A stretch of 64,000 nt of DNA from Eledone cirrhosa (taxonomy: Eukaryota), in NCBI GenBank assembly GCA_964016885.1, contig OZ024747.1:78616001-78680000 (forward strand), in the 5' to 3' direction. Shown here piece by piece: positions 1-18,000 of the stretch; position 1 is the first letter of the stretch, and each line of letters opens with the position of its first letter. A program made the position numbers and the translations under genes. Under the pieces are notes generated by a model. The model worked only from the letters and a program-made list of their open reading frames with translations. It searched no databases and was not told where the DNA came from.

Positions 1-3000
1 CTGACACTATCTCATGTCAACAGTGACCACAACTATAGAATTAGACTAATACCTGACACTATCTCATGTCAACAGTGACCACAACTATAGAATTAGACTA
101 ATACCTGACACTATCTCATGACAACAGTGACCACAACTATAGAATTAGACTAATACCTGACACTATCTCATGTCAACAGTGACCACAACTATAGAATTAG
201 ACTAATACCTGACACTATCTCATGACAACAGAGACCACAACTATAGAATTAGACTAATACCTGACACTATCTCATGACAACAGTGACCTCAACTATAGAA
301 TTAGACTAATACCTGACACTATCTCACGTCAACAGTGACCACAACTATAGAATTAGACTAATACCTGACACTATCTTATGTCAACAGTGACCACAACTAT
401 AGAATTAGACTAATACCTGACACTATCTCATGACAACAGTGACCACAACTATAGAATTAGACTAATACCTGACACTATCTCATGACAACAGTGACCACAA
501 CTATAGAATTAGACTAATACCTGACACTACCTCATGACAACAGTGACCACAACTATAGAATTAGACTAATACCTGACACTACCTCATGACAACAGTGACC
601 ACAACTATAGAATTAGACTAATACCTGACACTATCTCATGACAACAGTGACCACAACTATAGAATTAGACTAATACCTGACACTATCTCATGTCAACAGT
701 GACCACAACTATAGAATTAGACTAATACCTGACACTATCTCATGACAACAGTGACCACAACTATAGAATTAGACTAATACCTGACACTATCTCATGACAA
801 CAGTGACCACAACTATAGAATTAGACTAATACCTGACACTATCTCACATCAACAGTGACCACAACTATAGAATTAGACTAATACCTGACACTATCTCATG
901 TCAACAGTGACCACAACTATAGAATTAGACTAATACCTGACACTATCTCATGACAACAGTGACCACAACTATAGAATTAGACTAATACCTGACACTATCT
1001 CATGTCAACAGTGACCACAACTATAGAATTAGACTAATACCTGACACTATCTCATGACAACAGTGACCACAACTATAGAATTAGACTAATACCTGACACT
1101 ATCTCATGTCAACAGTGACCACAACTATAGAATTAGACTAATACCTGACACTATCTCATGTCAACAGTGACCACAACTATAGAATTAGACTAATACCTGA
1201 CACGATCTCATGACAACAGTGACCACAACTATAGAATTAGACTAATACCTGACACTATCTCATGTCAACAGTGACCACAACTATAGAATTAGACTAATAC
1301 CTGACACTATCTCATGACAACAGTGACCACAACTATAGAATTAGACTAATACCTGACACTATCTCATGACAACAGTGACCTCAACTATAGAATTAGACTA
1401 ATACCTGACACTATCTCACGTCAACAGTGACCACAACTATAGAATTAGACTAATACCTGACACTATCTCATGACAACAGTGACCACAACTATAGAATTAG
1501 ACTAATACCTGACACTATCTTATGTCAACAGTGACCACAACTATAGAATTAGACTAATACCTGACACTATCTCATGACAACAGTGACCACAACTATAGAA
1601 TTAGACTAATACCTGACACTATCTCATGACAACAGTGACCACAACTATAGAATTAGACTAATACCTGACACTATCTCATGTCAACAGTGACCACAACTAT
1701 AGAATTAGACTAATACCTGACACTATCTCATGACAACAGTGACCACAACTATAGAATTAGACTAATACCTGACACTATCTCATGACAACAGTGACCTCAA
1801 CTATAGAATTAGACTAATACCTGACACTATCTCACGTCAACAGTGACCACAACTATAGAATTAGACTAATACCTGACACTATCTTATGTCAACAGTGACC
1901 ACAACTATAGAATTAGACTAATACCTGACACTATCTCATGACAACAGTGACCACAACTATAGAATTAGACTAATACCTGACACTATCTCATGACAACAGT
2001 GACCACAACTATAGAATTAGACTAATACCTGACACTACCTCATGACAACAGTGACCACAACTATAGAATTAGACTAATACCTGACACTACCTCATGACAA
2101 CAGTGACCACAACTATAGAATTAGACTAATACCTGACACTATCTCATGACAACAGTGACCACAACTATAGAATTAGACTAATATCTGACACTATCTCATG
2201 TCAACAGTGACCACAACTATAGAATTAGACTAATACCTGACACTATCTCATGACAACAGTGACCACAACTATAGAATTAGACTAATACCTGACACTATCT
2301 CATGACAACAGTGACCTCAACTATAGAATTAGACTAATACCTGACACTATCTCACGTCAACAGTGACCACAACTATAGAATTAGACTAATACCTGACACT
2401 ATCTTATGTCAACAGTGACCACAACTATAGAATTAGACTAATACCTGACACTATCTCATGACAACAGTGACCACAACTATAGAATTAGACTAATACCTGA
2501 CACTATCTCATGACAACAGTGACCACAACTATAGAATTAGACTAATACCTGACACTACCTCATGACAACAGTGACCACAACTATAGAATTAGACTAATAC
2601 CTGACACTACCTCATGACAACAGTGACCACAACTATAGAATTAGACTAATACCTGACACTATCTCATGACAACAGTGACCACAACTATAGAATTAGACTA
2701 ATACCTGACACTATCTCATGTCAACAGTGACCACAACTATAGAATTAGACTAATACCTGACACTATCTCATGACAACAGTGACCACAACTATAGAATTAG
2801 ACTAATACCTGACACTATCTCATGACAACAGTGACCTCAACTATAGAATTAGACTAATACCTGACACTATCTCACGTCAACAGTGACCACAACTATAGAA
2901 TTAGACTAATACCTGACACTATCTTATGTCAACAGTGACCACAACTATAGAATTAGACTAATACCTGACACTATCTCATGACAACAGTGACCACAACTAT

Positions 3001-6000
3001 AGAATTAGACTAATACCTGACACTATCTCATGACAACAGTGACCACAACTATAGAATTAGACTAATACCTGACACTACCTCATGACAACAGTGACCACAA
3101 CTATAGAATTAGACTAATACCTGACACTACCTCATGACAACAGTGACCACAACTATAGAATTAGACTAATACCTGACACTATCTCATGACAACAGTGACC
3201 ACAACTATAGAATTAGACTAATACCTGACACTATCTCATGTCAACAGTGACCACAACTATAGAATTAGACTAATACCTGACACTATCTCATGACAACAGT
3301 GACCACAACTATAGAATTAGACTAATTCCTGACACTATCTCATGACAACAGTGACCACAATAATAGAATTAGACTAATACCTGACACTATCTCATGACAA
3401 CAGTGACCACATCTATAGAATTAGACTAATACCTGACACTATCTCATGACAACAGTGACCACAACTATAGAATTAGACTAATACCTGACACTATCTCATG
3501 TCAACAGTGACCACAACTATAGAATTAGACTAATACCTGACACTATCTCATGTCAACAGTGACCACAACTATAGAATTAGACTAATACCTGACACTATCT
3601 CATGACAACAGTGACCACAACTATAGAATTAGACTAATACCTGACACTATCTCATGTCAACAGTGACCACAACTATAGAATTAGACTAATACCTGACACT
3701 ATCTCATGACAACAGTGACCACAACTATAGAATTAGACTAATACCTGACACTATCTCATGACAACAGTGACCTCAACTATAGAATTAGACTAATACCTGA
3801 CACTATCTCACGTCAACAGTGACCACAACTATAGAATTAGACTAATACCTGACACTATCTTATGTCAACAGTGACCACAACTATAGAATTAGACTAATAC
3901 CTGACACTATCTCATGACAACAGTGACCACAACTATAGAATTAGACTAATACCTGACACTATCTCACGTCAACAGTGACCACAACTATAGAATTAGACTA
4001 ATACCTGACACTATCTTATGTCAACAGTGACCACAACTATAGAATTAGACTAATACCTGACACTATCTCATGACAACAGTGACCACAACTATAGAATTAG
4101 ACTAATACCTGACACTATCTCATGACAACAGTGACCACAACTATAGAATTAGACTAATACCTGACACTACCTCATGACAACAGTGACCACAACTATAGAA
4201 TTAGACTAATACCTGACACTACCTCATGACAACAGTGACCACAACTATAGAATTAGACTAATACCTGACACTATCTCATGACAACAGTGACCACAACTAT
4301 AGAATTAGACTAATACCTGACACTATCTCATGTCAACAGTGACCACAACTATAGAATTAGACTAATACCTGACACTATCTCATGACAACAGTGACCACAA
4401 CTATAGAATTAGACTAATACCTGACACTATCTCATGACAACAGTGACCTCAACTATAGAATTAGACTAATACCTGACACTATCTCACGTCAACAGTGACC
4501 ACAACTATAGAATTAGACTAATACCTGACACTATCTTATGTCAACAGTGACCACAACTATAGAATTAGACTAATACCTGACACTATCTCATGACAACAGT
4601 GACCACAACTATAGAATTAGACTAATACCTGACACTACCTCATGACAACAGTGACCACAACTATAGAATTAGACTAATACCTGACACTATCTCATGACAA
4701 CAGTGACCACAACTATAGAATTAGACTAATACCTGACACTATCTTATGTCAACACTGACCACAACTATAGAATTAGACTAATACCTGACACTATCTCATG
4801 ACAACAGTGACCACAACTATAGAATTAGACTAATACCTGACACTACCTCATGACAACAGTGACCACAACTATAGAATTAGACTAATACCTGACACTATCT
4901 CATGACAACAGTGACCACAACTATAGAATTAGACTAATACCTGACACTATCTCATGTCAACAGTGACCACAACTATAGAATTAGACTAATACCTGACACT
5001 ATCTCATGACAACAGTGACCACAACTATAGAATTAGACTAATTCCTGACACTATCTCATGACAACAGTGACCACAATAATAGAATTAGACTAATACCTGA
5101 CACTATCTCATGACAACAGTGACCACATCTATAGAATTAGACTAATACCTGACACTATCTCATGACAACAGTGACCACAACTATAGAATTAGACTAATAC
5201 CTGACACTATCTCATGTCAACAGTGACCACAACTATAGAATTAGACTAATACCTGACACTATCTCATGTCAACAGTGACCACAACTATAGAATTAGACTA
5301 ATACCTGACACTATCTCATGACAACAGTGACCACAACTATAGAATTAGACTAATACCTGACACTATCTCATGTCAACAGTGACCACAACTATAGAATTAG
5401 ACTAATACCTGACACTATCTCATGACAACAGTGACCACAACTATAGAATTAGACTAATACCTGACACTACCTCATGACAACAGTGACCACAACTATAGAA
5501 TTAGACTAATACCTGACACTATCTCATGACAACAGTGACCACAACTATAGAATTAGACTAATACCTGACACTATCTTATGTCAACAGTGACCACAACTAT
5601 AGAATTAGACTAATACCTGACACTACCTCATGACAACAGTGACCACAACTATAGAATTAGACTAATACCTGACACTATCTCATGACAACAGTGACCACAA
5701 CTATAGAATTAGACTAATACCTGACACTATCTCATGTCAACAGTGACCACAACTATAGAATTAGACTAATACCTGACACTATCTCATGACAACAGTGACC
5801 ACAACTATAGAATTAGACTAATACCTGACACTATCTCATGACAACAGTGACCACATCTATAGTATTAGACTAATACCTGACACTATCTCATGACAACAGT
5901 GACCACAACTATAGAATTAGACTAATACCTGACACTACCTCATGACAACAGTGACCACAACTATAGAATTAGACTAATACCTGACACTATCTCATGACAA

Positions 6001-9000
6001 CAGTGACCACAACTATAGAATTAGACTAATACCTGACACTATCTCATGTCAACAGTGACCACAACTATAGAATTAGACTAATACCTGACACTATCTCATG
6101 ACAACAGTGACCACAACTATAGAATTAGACTAATTCCTGACACTATCTCATGACAACAGTGACCACAATAATAGAATTAGACTAATACCTGACACTATCT
6201 CATGACAACAGTGACCACATCTATAGAATTAGACTAATACCTGACACTATCTCATGACAACAGTGACCACAACTATAGAATTAGACTAATACCTGACACT
6301 ATCTCATGACAACAGTGACCACAACTATAGAATTAGACTAATACCTGACACTATCTCATGTCAACAGTGACCACAACTATAGAATTAGACTAATACCTGA
6401 CACTATCTCATGACAACAGTGACCACAACTATAGAATTAGACTAATACCTGACACTATCTCATGTCAACAGTGACCACAACTATAGAATTAGACTAATAC
6501 CTGACACTATCTCATGACAACAGTGACCACAACTATAGAATTAGACTAATACCTGACACTATCTCATGACAACAGTGACCTCAACTATAGAATTAGACTA
6601 ATACCTGACACTATCTCACGTCAACAGTGACCACAACTATAGAATTAGACTAATACCTGACACTATCTTATGTCAACAGTGACCACAACTATAGAATTAG
6701 ACTAATACCTGACACTATCTCATGACAACAGTGACCACAACTATAGAATTAGACTAATACCTGACACTATCTCACATCAACAGTGACCACAACTATAGAA
6801 TTAGACTAATACCTGACACTATCTCATGACAACAGTGACCACATCTATAGAATTAGACTAATACCTGACACTATCTCATGACAACAGTGACCACAACTAT
6901 AGAATTAGACTAATACCTGACACTATCTCATGACAACAGTGACCACAACTATAGAATTAGACTAATACCTGACACTACCTCATGACAACAGTGACCACAA
7001 CTATAGAATTAGACTAATACCTGACACTATCTCATGACAACAGTGACCACAACTATAGAATTAGACTAATACCTGACACTATCTCATGACAACAGTGACC
7101 ACAACTATAGAATTAGACTAATACCTGACACTACCTCATGACAACAGTGACCACAACTATAGAATTAGACTAATACCTGACACTATCTCATGACAACAGT
7201 GACCACAACTATAGAATTAGACTAATACCTGACACTATCTCATGACAACAGTGACCACAACTATAGAATTAGACTAATACCTGACACTATCTCATGACAA
7301 CAGTGACCACAACTATAGAATTAGACTAATACCTGACACTACCTTATGACAACAGTGACCACAACTATAGAATTAGACTAATACCTGACACTATCTCATG
7401 ACAACAGTGACCACAACTATAGAATTAGACTAATACCTGACACTATCTCATGACAACAGTGACCACAACTATAGAATTAGACTAATACCTGACACTACCT
7501 CATGACAACAGTGACCACAACTATAGAATTAGACTAATACCTGACACTACCTCATGACAACAGTGACCACAACTATAGAATTAGACTAATACCTGACACT
7601 ATCTCATGACAACAGTGACCACAACTATAGAATTAGACTAATACCTGACACTATCTCATGACAACAGTGACCACAACTATAGAATTAGACTAATACCTGA
7701 CACTATCTCATGTCAACAGTGACCACAACTATAGAATTAGACTAATACCTGACACTATCTCATGTCAACATTGACCACAACTATAGAATTAGACTAATAC
7801 CTGACACTATCTCATGTCAACATTGACCACAACTATAGAATTAGACTAATACCTGACACTATCTCATGACAACAGTGACCACAACTATAGAATTAGACTA
7901 ATACCTGACACTATCTCATGATAACAGTGACCACAACTATAGAATTAGACTAATGCCTGACACAATATCATGATAACAGTGACCACACCTATAGAATTAG
8001 ACTAATACCTGACACTATCTCATGACAACAGTGACCACAACTATAGAATTAGACTAATACCTGACACTATCTCATGACAACAGTGACCACATCTATAGAA
8101 TTAGACTAATACCTGACACTATCTCATGACAACAGTGACCACAACTATAGAATTAGACTAATACCTGACACTATCTCATGACAACAGTGACCACATCTAT
8201 AGAATTAGACTAATACCTGACACTATCTCATGACAACAGTGACCACAACTATAGAATTAGACTAATACCTGACACTATCTCATGACAACAGTGACCACAA
8301 CTATAGAATTAGACTAATACCTGACACTATCTCATGACAACAACTATAGAATTAGACTAATACCTGACACTATCTCATGACAACAGTGACCACAACTATA
8401 GAATTAGACTAATACCTGACACTACCTCATGACAACAGTGACCACAACTATAGAATTAGACTAATACCTGACACTATCTCATGACAACAGTGACCACAAC
8501 TATAGAATTAGACTAATACCTGACACTATCTCATGACAACAGTGACCACAACTATAGAATTAGACTAATACCTGACACTACCTCATGACAACAGTGACCA
8601 CAATAATAGAATTAGACTAATACCTGACACTATCTCATGACAACAGTGACCACAATAATAGAATTAGACTAATACCTGACACTATCTCATGACAACAGTG
8701 ACCACAACTATAGAATTAGACTAATACCTGACACTATCTCATGACAACAGTGACCACAACTATAGAATTAGACTAATACCTGACACTATCTCATGACAAC
8801 AGTGACCACATCTATAGAATTAGACTAATACCTGACACTATCTCATGACAACAGTGACCACAACTATAGAATTAGACTAATACCTGACACTATCTCATGA
8901 CAACAGTGACCACATCTATAGAATTAGACTAATACCTGACACTATCTCATGACAACAGTGACCACAACTATAGAATTAGACTAATACCTGACACTATCTC

Positions 9001-12000
9001 ATGACAACAGTGACCACAACTATAGAATTAGACTAATACCTGACACTATCTCATGACAACAGTGACCACAACTATAGAATTAGACTAATACCTGACACTA
9101 TCTCATGACAACAGTGACCACAACTATAGAATTAGACTAATACCTGACACTACCTCATGACAACAGTGACCACAACTATAGAATTAGACTAATACCTGAC
9201 ACTATCTCATGACAACAGTGACCACAACTATAGAATTAGACTAATACCTGACACTATCTCATGACAACAGTGACCACAACTATAGAATTAGACTAATACC
9301 TGACACTACCTCATGACAACAGTGACCACAACTATAGAATTAGACTAATACCTGACACTATCTCATGACAACAGTGACCACAACTATAGAATTAGACTAA
9401 TACCTGACACTATCTCATGACAACAGTGACCACAACTATAGAATTAGACTAATACCTGACACTACCTCATGACAACAGTGACCACAACTATAGAATTAGA
9501 CTAATACCTGACACTACCTCATGACAACAGTGACCACAACTATAGAATTAGACTAATACCTGACACTATCTCATGACAACAGTGACCACAACTATAGAAT
9601 TAGACTAATACCTGACACTATCTCATGACAACAGTGACCACAACTATAGAATTAGACTAATACCTGACACTATCTCATGTCAACAGTGACCACAACTATA
9701 GAATTAGACTAATACCTGACACTATCTCATGTCAACATTGACCACAACTATAGAATTAGACTAATACCTGACACTATCTCATGTCAACATTGACCACAAC
9801 TATAGAATTAGACTAATACCTGACACTATCTCATGACAACAGTGACCACAACTATAGAATTAGACTAATACCTGACACTATCTCATGATAACAGTGACCA
9901 CAACTATAGAATTAGACTAATGCCTGACACAATATCATGATAACAGTGACCACACCTATAGAATTAGACTAATACCTGACACTATCTCATGACAACAGTG
10001 ACCACAACTATAGAATTAGACTAATACTTGACACTATCTCATGACAAGTGACCACAACTATGGAATTAGACTAATACCTGACACTATCTCATGACAACAG
10101 TGACCACAACTATGGAATTAGACTAATATCTGACACTATCTCATGACAACAGTGACTACAACTATAGAATTAGACTAATACCTGACACTATCTCATGACA
10201 ACAGTGACCACAACTATAGAATTAGACTAATACTTGACACTATCTCATGACAACAGTGACCACAACTATAGAATTAGACTAATACCTGACGCTATCTCAT
10301 GACAACAGTGACCACAACTATAGAATTAGACTAATACCTGACACTATCTCATGACAACAGTGACCACAACTATAGAATTAGACTAATACCTGACACTATC
10401 TCATGTCAACAGTGACCACAACTATAGAATTAGACTAATACCTGACGCTATCTCATGACAACAGTGACCACAACTATAGAATTAGACTAATACCTGACGC
10501 TATCTCATGACAACAGTGACCACAACTATAGAATTAGACTAATACCTGACACTATCTCATGACAACAGTGACCACAACTATAGAATTAGACTAATACCTG
10601 ACACTATCTCATGACAACAGTGACCACAATAATAGAATTAGACTAATACCTGACACTATCTCATGACAACAGTGACCACATCTATAGAATTAGACTAATA
10701 CCTGACACTATCTCATGACAACAGTGACCACAACTATAGAATTAGACTAATACCTGACACTATCTCATGACAACAGTGACCACAACTATAGAATTAGACT
10801 AATACCTGACACTACCTCATGACAACAGTGACCACAACTATAGAATTAGACTAATACCTGACACTATCTCATGACAACAGTGACCACAACTATAGAATTA
10901 GACTAATACCTGACACTATCTCATGACAACAGTGACCACAACTATAGAATTAGACTAATACCTGACACTACCTCATGACAACAGTGACCACAACTATAGA
11001 ATTAGACTAATACCTGACACTACCTCATGACAACAGTGACCACAACTATAGAATTAGACTAATACCTGACACTATCTCATGACAACAGTGACCACAACTA
11101 TAGAATTAGACTAATACCTGACACTATCTCATGACAACAGTGACCACAACTATAGAATTAGACTAATACCTGATACTATCTCATGTCAACAGTGACCACA
11201 ACTATAGAATTAGACTAATACCTGACACTATCTCATGTCAACATTGACCACAACTATAGAATTAGACTAATACCTGACACTATCTCATGTCAACATTGAC
11301 CACAACTATAGAATTAGACTAATACCTGACACTATCTCATGACAACAGTGACCACAACTATAGAATTAGACTAATACCTGACACTATCTCATGACAACAA
11401 CTATAGAATTAGACTAATACCTGACACTATCTCATGATAACAGTGACCACAACTATAGAATTAGACTAATACCTGACACTACCTCATGACAACAGTGACC
11501 ACAACTATAGAATTAGACTAATACCTGACACTATCTCATGACAACAGTGACCACAACTATAGAATTAGACTAATACCTGACACTATCTCATGACAACAGT
11601 GACCACAACTATAGAATTAGACTAATACCTGACACTACCTCATGACAACAGTGACCACAATAATAGAATTAGACTAATACCTGACACTATCTCATGACAA
11701 CAGTGACCACAATAATAGAATTAGACTAATACCTGACACTATCTCATGACAACAGTGACCACAACTATAGAATTAGACTAATACCTGACACTATCTCATG
11801 ACAACAGTGACCACAACTATAGAATTAGACTAATACCTGACACTACCTCATGACAACAGTGACCACAACTATAGAATTAGACTAATACCTGACACTATCT
11901 CATGACAACAGTGACCACAACTATAGAATTAGACTAATACCTGACACTATCTCATGTCAACAGTGACCACAACTATAGAATTAGACTAATACCTGACACT

Positions 12001-15000
12001 ATCTCATGACAACAGTGACCACAACTATAGAATTAGACTAATTCCTGACACTATCTCATGACAACAGTGACCACAATAATAGAATTAGACTAATACCTGA
12101 CACTATCTCATGACAACAGTGACCACATCTATAGAATTAGACTAATACCTGACACTATCTCATGACAACAGTGACCACAACTATAGAATTAGACTAATAC
12201 CTGACACTATCTCATGACAACAGTGACCACAACTATAGAATTAGACTAATACCTGACACTATCTCATGTCAACAGTGACCACAACTATAGAATTAGACTA
12301 ATACCTGACACTATCTCATGACAACAGTGACCACAACTATAGAATTAGACTAATACCTGACACTATCTCATGTCAACAGTGACCACAACTATAGAATTAG
12401 ACTAATACCTGACACTATCTCATGACAACAGTGACCACAACTATACAATTAGACTAATACCTGACACTATCTCATGACAACAGTGACCTCAACTATAGAA
12501 TTAGACTAATACCTGACACTATCTCACGTCAACAGTGACCACAACTATAGAATTAGACTAATACCTGACACTATCTTATGTCAACAGTGACCACAACTAT
12601 AGAATTAGACTAATACCTGACACTATCTCATGACAACAGTGACCACAACTATAGAATTAGACTAATACCTGACACTATCTCACATCAACAGTGACCACAA
12701 CTATAGAATTAGACTAATACCTGACACTATCTCATGACAACAGTGACCACATCTATAGAATTAGACTAATACCTGACACTATCTCATGACAACAGTGACC
12801 ACAACTATAGAATTAGACTAATACCTGACACTATCTCATGACAACAGTGACCACAACTATAGAATTAGACTAATACCTGACACTACCTCATGACAACAGT
12901 GACCACAACTATAGAATTAGACTAATACCTGACACTATCTCATGACAACAGTGACCACAACTATAGAATTAGACTAATACCTGACACTATCTCATGACAA
13001 CAGTGACCACAACTATAGAATTAGACTAATACCTGACACTACCTCATGACAACAGTGACCACAACTATAGAATTAGACTAATACCTGACACTATCTCATG
13101 ACAACAGTGACCACAACTATAGAATTAGACTAATACCTGACACTATCTCATGACAACAGTGACCACAACTATAGAATTAGACTAATACCTGACACTATCT
13201 CATGACAACAGTGACCACAACTATAGAATTAGACTAATACCTGACACTACCTCATGACAACAGTGACCACAACTATAGAATTAGACTAATACCTGACACT
13301 ATCTCATGACAACAGTGACCACAACTATAGAATTAGACTAATACCTGACACTATCTCATGACAACAGTGACCACAACTATAGAATTAGACTAATACCTGA
13401 CACTACCTCATGACAACAGTGACCACAACTATAGAATTAGACTAATACCTGACACTACCTCATGACAACAGTGACCACAACTATAGAATTAGACTAATAC
13501 CTGACACTATCTCATGACAACAGTGACCACAACTATAGAATTAGACTAATACCTGACACTATCTCATGACAACAGTGACCACAACTATAGAATTAGACTA
13601 ATACCTGACACTATCTCATGTCAACAGTGACCACAACTATAGAATTAGACTAATACCTGACACTATCTCATGTCAACATTGACCACAACTATAGAATTAG
13701 ACTAATACCTGACACTATCTCATGTCAACATTGACCACAACTATAGAATTAGACTAATACCTGACACTATCTCATGACAACAGTGACCACAACTATAGAA
13801 TTAGACTAATACCTGACACTATCTCATGATAACAGTGACCACAACTATAGAATTAGACTAATGCCTGACACAATATCATGATAACAGTGACCACACCTAT
13901 AGAATTAGACTAATACCTGACACTATCTCATGACAACAGTGACCACAACTATAGAATTAGACTAATACCTGACACTATCTCATGACAACAGTGACCACAT
14001 CTATAGAATTAGACTAATACCTGACACTATCTCATGACAACAGTGACCACAACTATAGAATTAGACTAATACCTGACACTATCTCATGACAACAGTGACC
14101 ACATCTATAGAATTAGACTAATACCTGACACTATCTCATGACAACAGTGACCACAACTATAGAATTAGACTAATACCTGACACTATCTCATGACAACAGT
14201 GACCACAACTATAGAATTAGACTAATACCTGACACTATCTCATGACAACAACTATAGAATTAGACTAATACCTGACACTATCTCATGACAACAGTGACCA
14301 CAACTATAGAATTAGACTAATACCTGACACTACCTCATGACAACAGTGACCACAACTATAGAATTAGACTAATACCTGACACTATCTCATGACAACAGTG
14401 ACCACAACTATAGAATTAGACTAATACCTGACACTATCTCATGACAACAGTGACCACAACTATAGAATTAGACTAATACCTGACACTACCTCATGACAAC
14501 AGTGACCACAATAATAGAATTAGACTAATACCTGACACTATCTCATGACAACAGTGACCACAATAATAGAATTAGACTAATACCTGACACTATCTCATGA
14601 CAACAGTGACCACAACTATAGAATTAGACTAATACCTGACACTATCTCATGACAACAGTGACCACAACTATAGAATTAGACTAATACCTGACACTATCTC
14701 ATGACAACAGTGACCACATCTATAGAATTAGACTAATACCTGACACTATCTCATGACAACAGTGACCACAACTATAGAATTAGACTAATACCTGACACTA
14801 TCTCATGACAACAGTGACCACATCTATAGAATTAGACTAATACCTGACACTATCTCATGACAACAGTGACCACAACTATAGAATTAGACTAATACCTGAC
14901 ACTATCTCATGACAACAGTGACCACAACTATAGAATTAGACTAATACCTGACACTATCTCATGACAACAGTGACCACAACTATAGAATTAGACTAATACC

Positions 15001-18000
15001 TGACACTATCTCATGACAACAGTGACCACAACTATAGAATTAGACTAATACCTGACACTACCTCATGACAACAGTGACCACAACTATAGAATTAGACTAA
15101 TACCTGACACTATCTCATGACAACAGTGACCACAACTATAGAATTAGACTAATACCTGACACTATCTCATGACAACAGTGACCACAACTATAGAATTAGA
15201 CTAATACCTGACACTACCTCATGACAACAGTGACCACAACTATAGAATTAGACTAATACCTGACACTATCTCATGACAACAGTGACCACAACTATAGAAT
15301 TAGACTAATACCTGACACTATCTCATGACAACAGTGACCACAACTATAGAATTAGACTAATACCTGACACTACCTCATGACAACAGTGACCACAACTATA
15401 GAATTAGACTAATACCTGACACTACCTCATGACAACAGTGACCACAACTATAGAATTAGACTAATACCTGACACTATCTCATGACAACAGTGACCACAAC
15501 TATAGAATTAGACTAATACCTGACACTATCTCATGACAACAGTGACCACAACTATAGAATTAGACTAATACCTGACACTATCTCATGTCAACAGTGACCA
15601 CAACTATAGAATTAGACTAATACCTGACACTATCTCATGTCAACATTGACCACAACTATAGAATTAGACTAATACCTGACACTATCTCATGTCAACATTG
15701 ACCACAACTATAGAATTAGACTAATACCTGACACTATCTCATGACAACAGTGACCACAACTATAGAATTAGACTAATACCTGACACTATCTCATGATAAC
15801 AGTGACCACAACTATAGAATTAGACTAATGCCTGACACAATATCATGATAACAGTGACCACACCTATAGAATTAGACTAATACCTGACACTATCTCATGA
15901 CAACAGTGACCACAACTATAGAATTAGACTAATACTTGACACTATCTCATGACAAGTGACCACAACTATGGAATTAGACTAATACCTGACACTATCTCAT
16001 GACAACAGTGACCACAACTATGGAATTAGACTAATATCTGACACTATCTCATGACAACAGTGACTACAACTATAGAATTAGACTAATACCTGACACTATC
16101 TCATGACAACAGTGACCACAACTATAGAATTAGACTAATACTTGACACTATCTCATGACAACAGTGACCACAACTATAGAATTAGACTAATACCTGACGC
16201 TATCTCATGACAACAGTGACCACAACTATAGAATTAGACTAATACCTGACACTATCTCATGACAACAGTGACCACAACTATAGAATTAGACTAATACCTG
16301 ACACTATCTCATGTCAACAGTGACCACAACTATAGAATTAGACTAATACCTGACGCTATCTCATGACAACAGTGACCACAACTATAGAATTAGACTAATA
16401 CCTGACGCTATCTCATGACAACAGTGACCACAACTATAGAATTAGACTAATACCTGACACTATCTCATGACAACAGTGACCACAACTATAGAATTAGACT
16501 AATACCTGACACTATCTCATGACAACAGTGACCACAATAATAGAATTAGACTAATACCTGACACTATCTCATGACAACAGTGACCACATCTATAGAATTA
16601 GACTAATACCTGACACTATCTCATGACAACAGTGACCACAACTATAGAATTAGACTAATACCTGACACTATCTCATGACAACAGTGACCACAACTATAGA
16701 ATTAGACTAATACCTGACACTACCTCATGACAACAGTGACCACAACTATAGAATTAGACTAATACCTGACACTATCTCATGACAACAGTGACCACAACTA
16801 TAGAATTAGACTAATACCTGACACTATCTCATGACAACAGTGACCACAACTATAGAATTAGACTAATACCTGACACTACCTCATGACAACAGTGACCACA
16901 ACTATAGAATTAGACTAATACCTGACACTACCTCATGACAACAGTGACCACAACTATAGAATTAGACTAATACCTGACACTATCTCATGACAACAGTGAC
17001 CACAACTATAGAATTAGACTAATACCTGACACTATCTCATGACAACAGTGACCACAACTATAGAATTAGACTAATACCTGATACTATCTCATGTCAACAG
17101 TGACCACAACTATAGAATTAGACTAATACCTGACACTATCTCATGTCAACATTGACCACAACTATAGAATTAGACTAATACCTGACACTATCTCATGTCA
17201 ACATTGACCACAACTATAGAATTAGACTAATACCTGACACTATCTCATGACAACAGTGACCACAACTATAGAATTAGACTAATACCTGACACTATCTCAT
17301 GACAACAACTATAGAATTAGACTAATACCTGACACTATCTCATGACAACAGTGACCACAACTATAGAATTAGACTAATACCTGACACTACCTCATGACAA
17401 CAGTGACCACAACTATAGAATTAGACTAATACCTGACACTATCTCATGACAACAGTGACCACAACTATAGAATTAGACTAATACCTGACACTATCTCATG
17501 ACAACAGTGACCACAACTATAGAATTAGACTAATACCTGACACTACCTCATGACAACAGTGACCACAATAATAGAATTAGACTAATACCTGACACTATCT
17601 CATGACAACAGTGACCACAATAATAGAATTAGACTAATACCTGACACTATCTCATGACAACAGTGACCACAACTATAGAATTAGACTAATACCTGACACT
17701 ATCTCATGACAACAGTGACCACAACTATAGAATTAGACTAATACCTGACACTATCTCATGACAACAGTGACCACATCTATAGAATTAGACTAATACCTGA
17801 CACTATCTCATGACAACAGTGACCACAACTATAGAATTAGACTAATACCTGACACTATCTCATGACAACAGTGACCACATCTATAGAATTAGACTAATAC
17901 CTGACACTATCTCATGACAACAGTGACCACAACTATAGAATTAGACTAATACCTGACACTATCTCATGACAACAGTGACCACAACTATAGAATTAGACTA

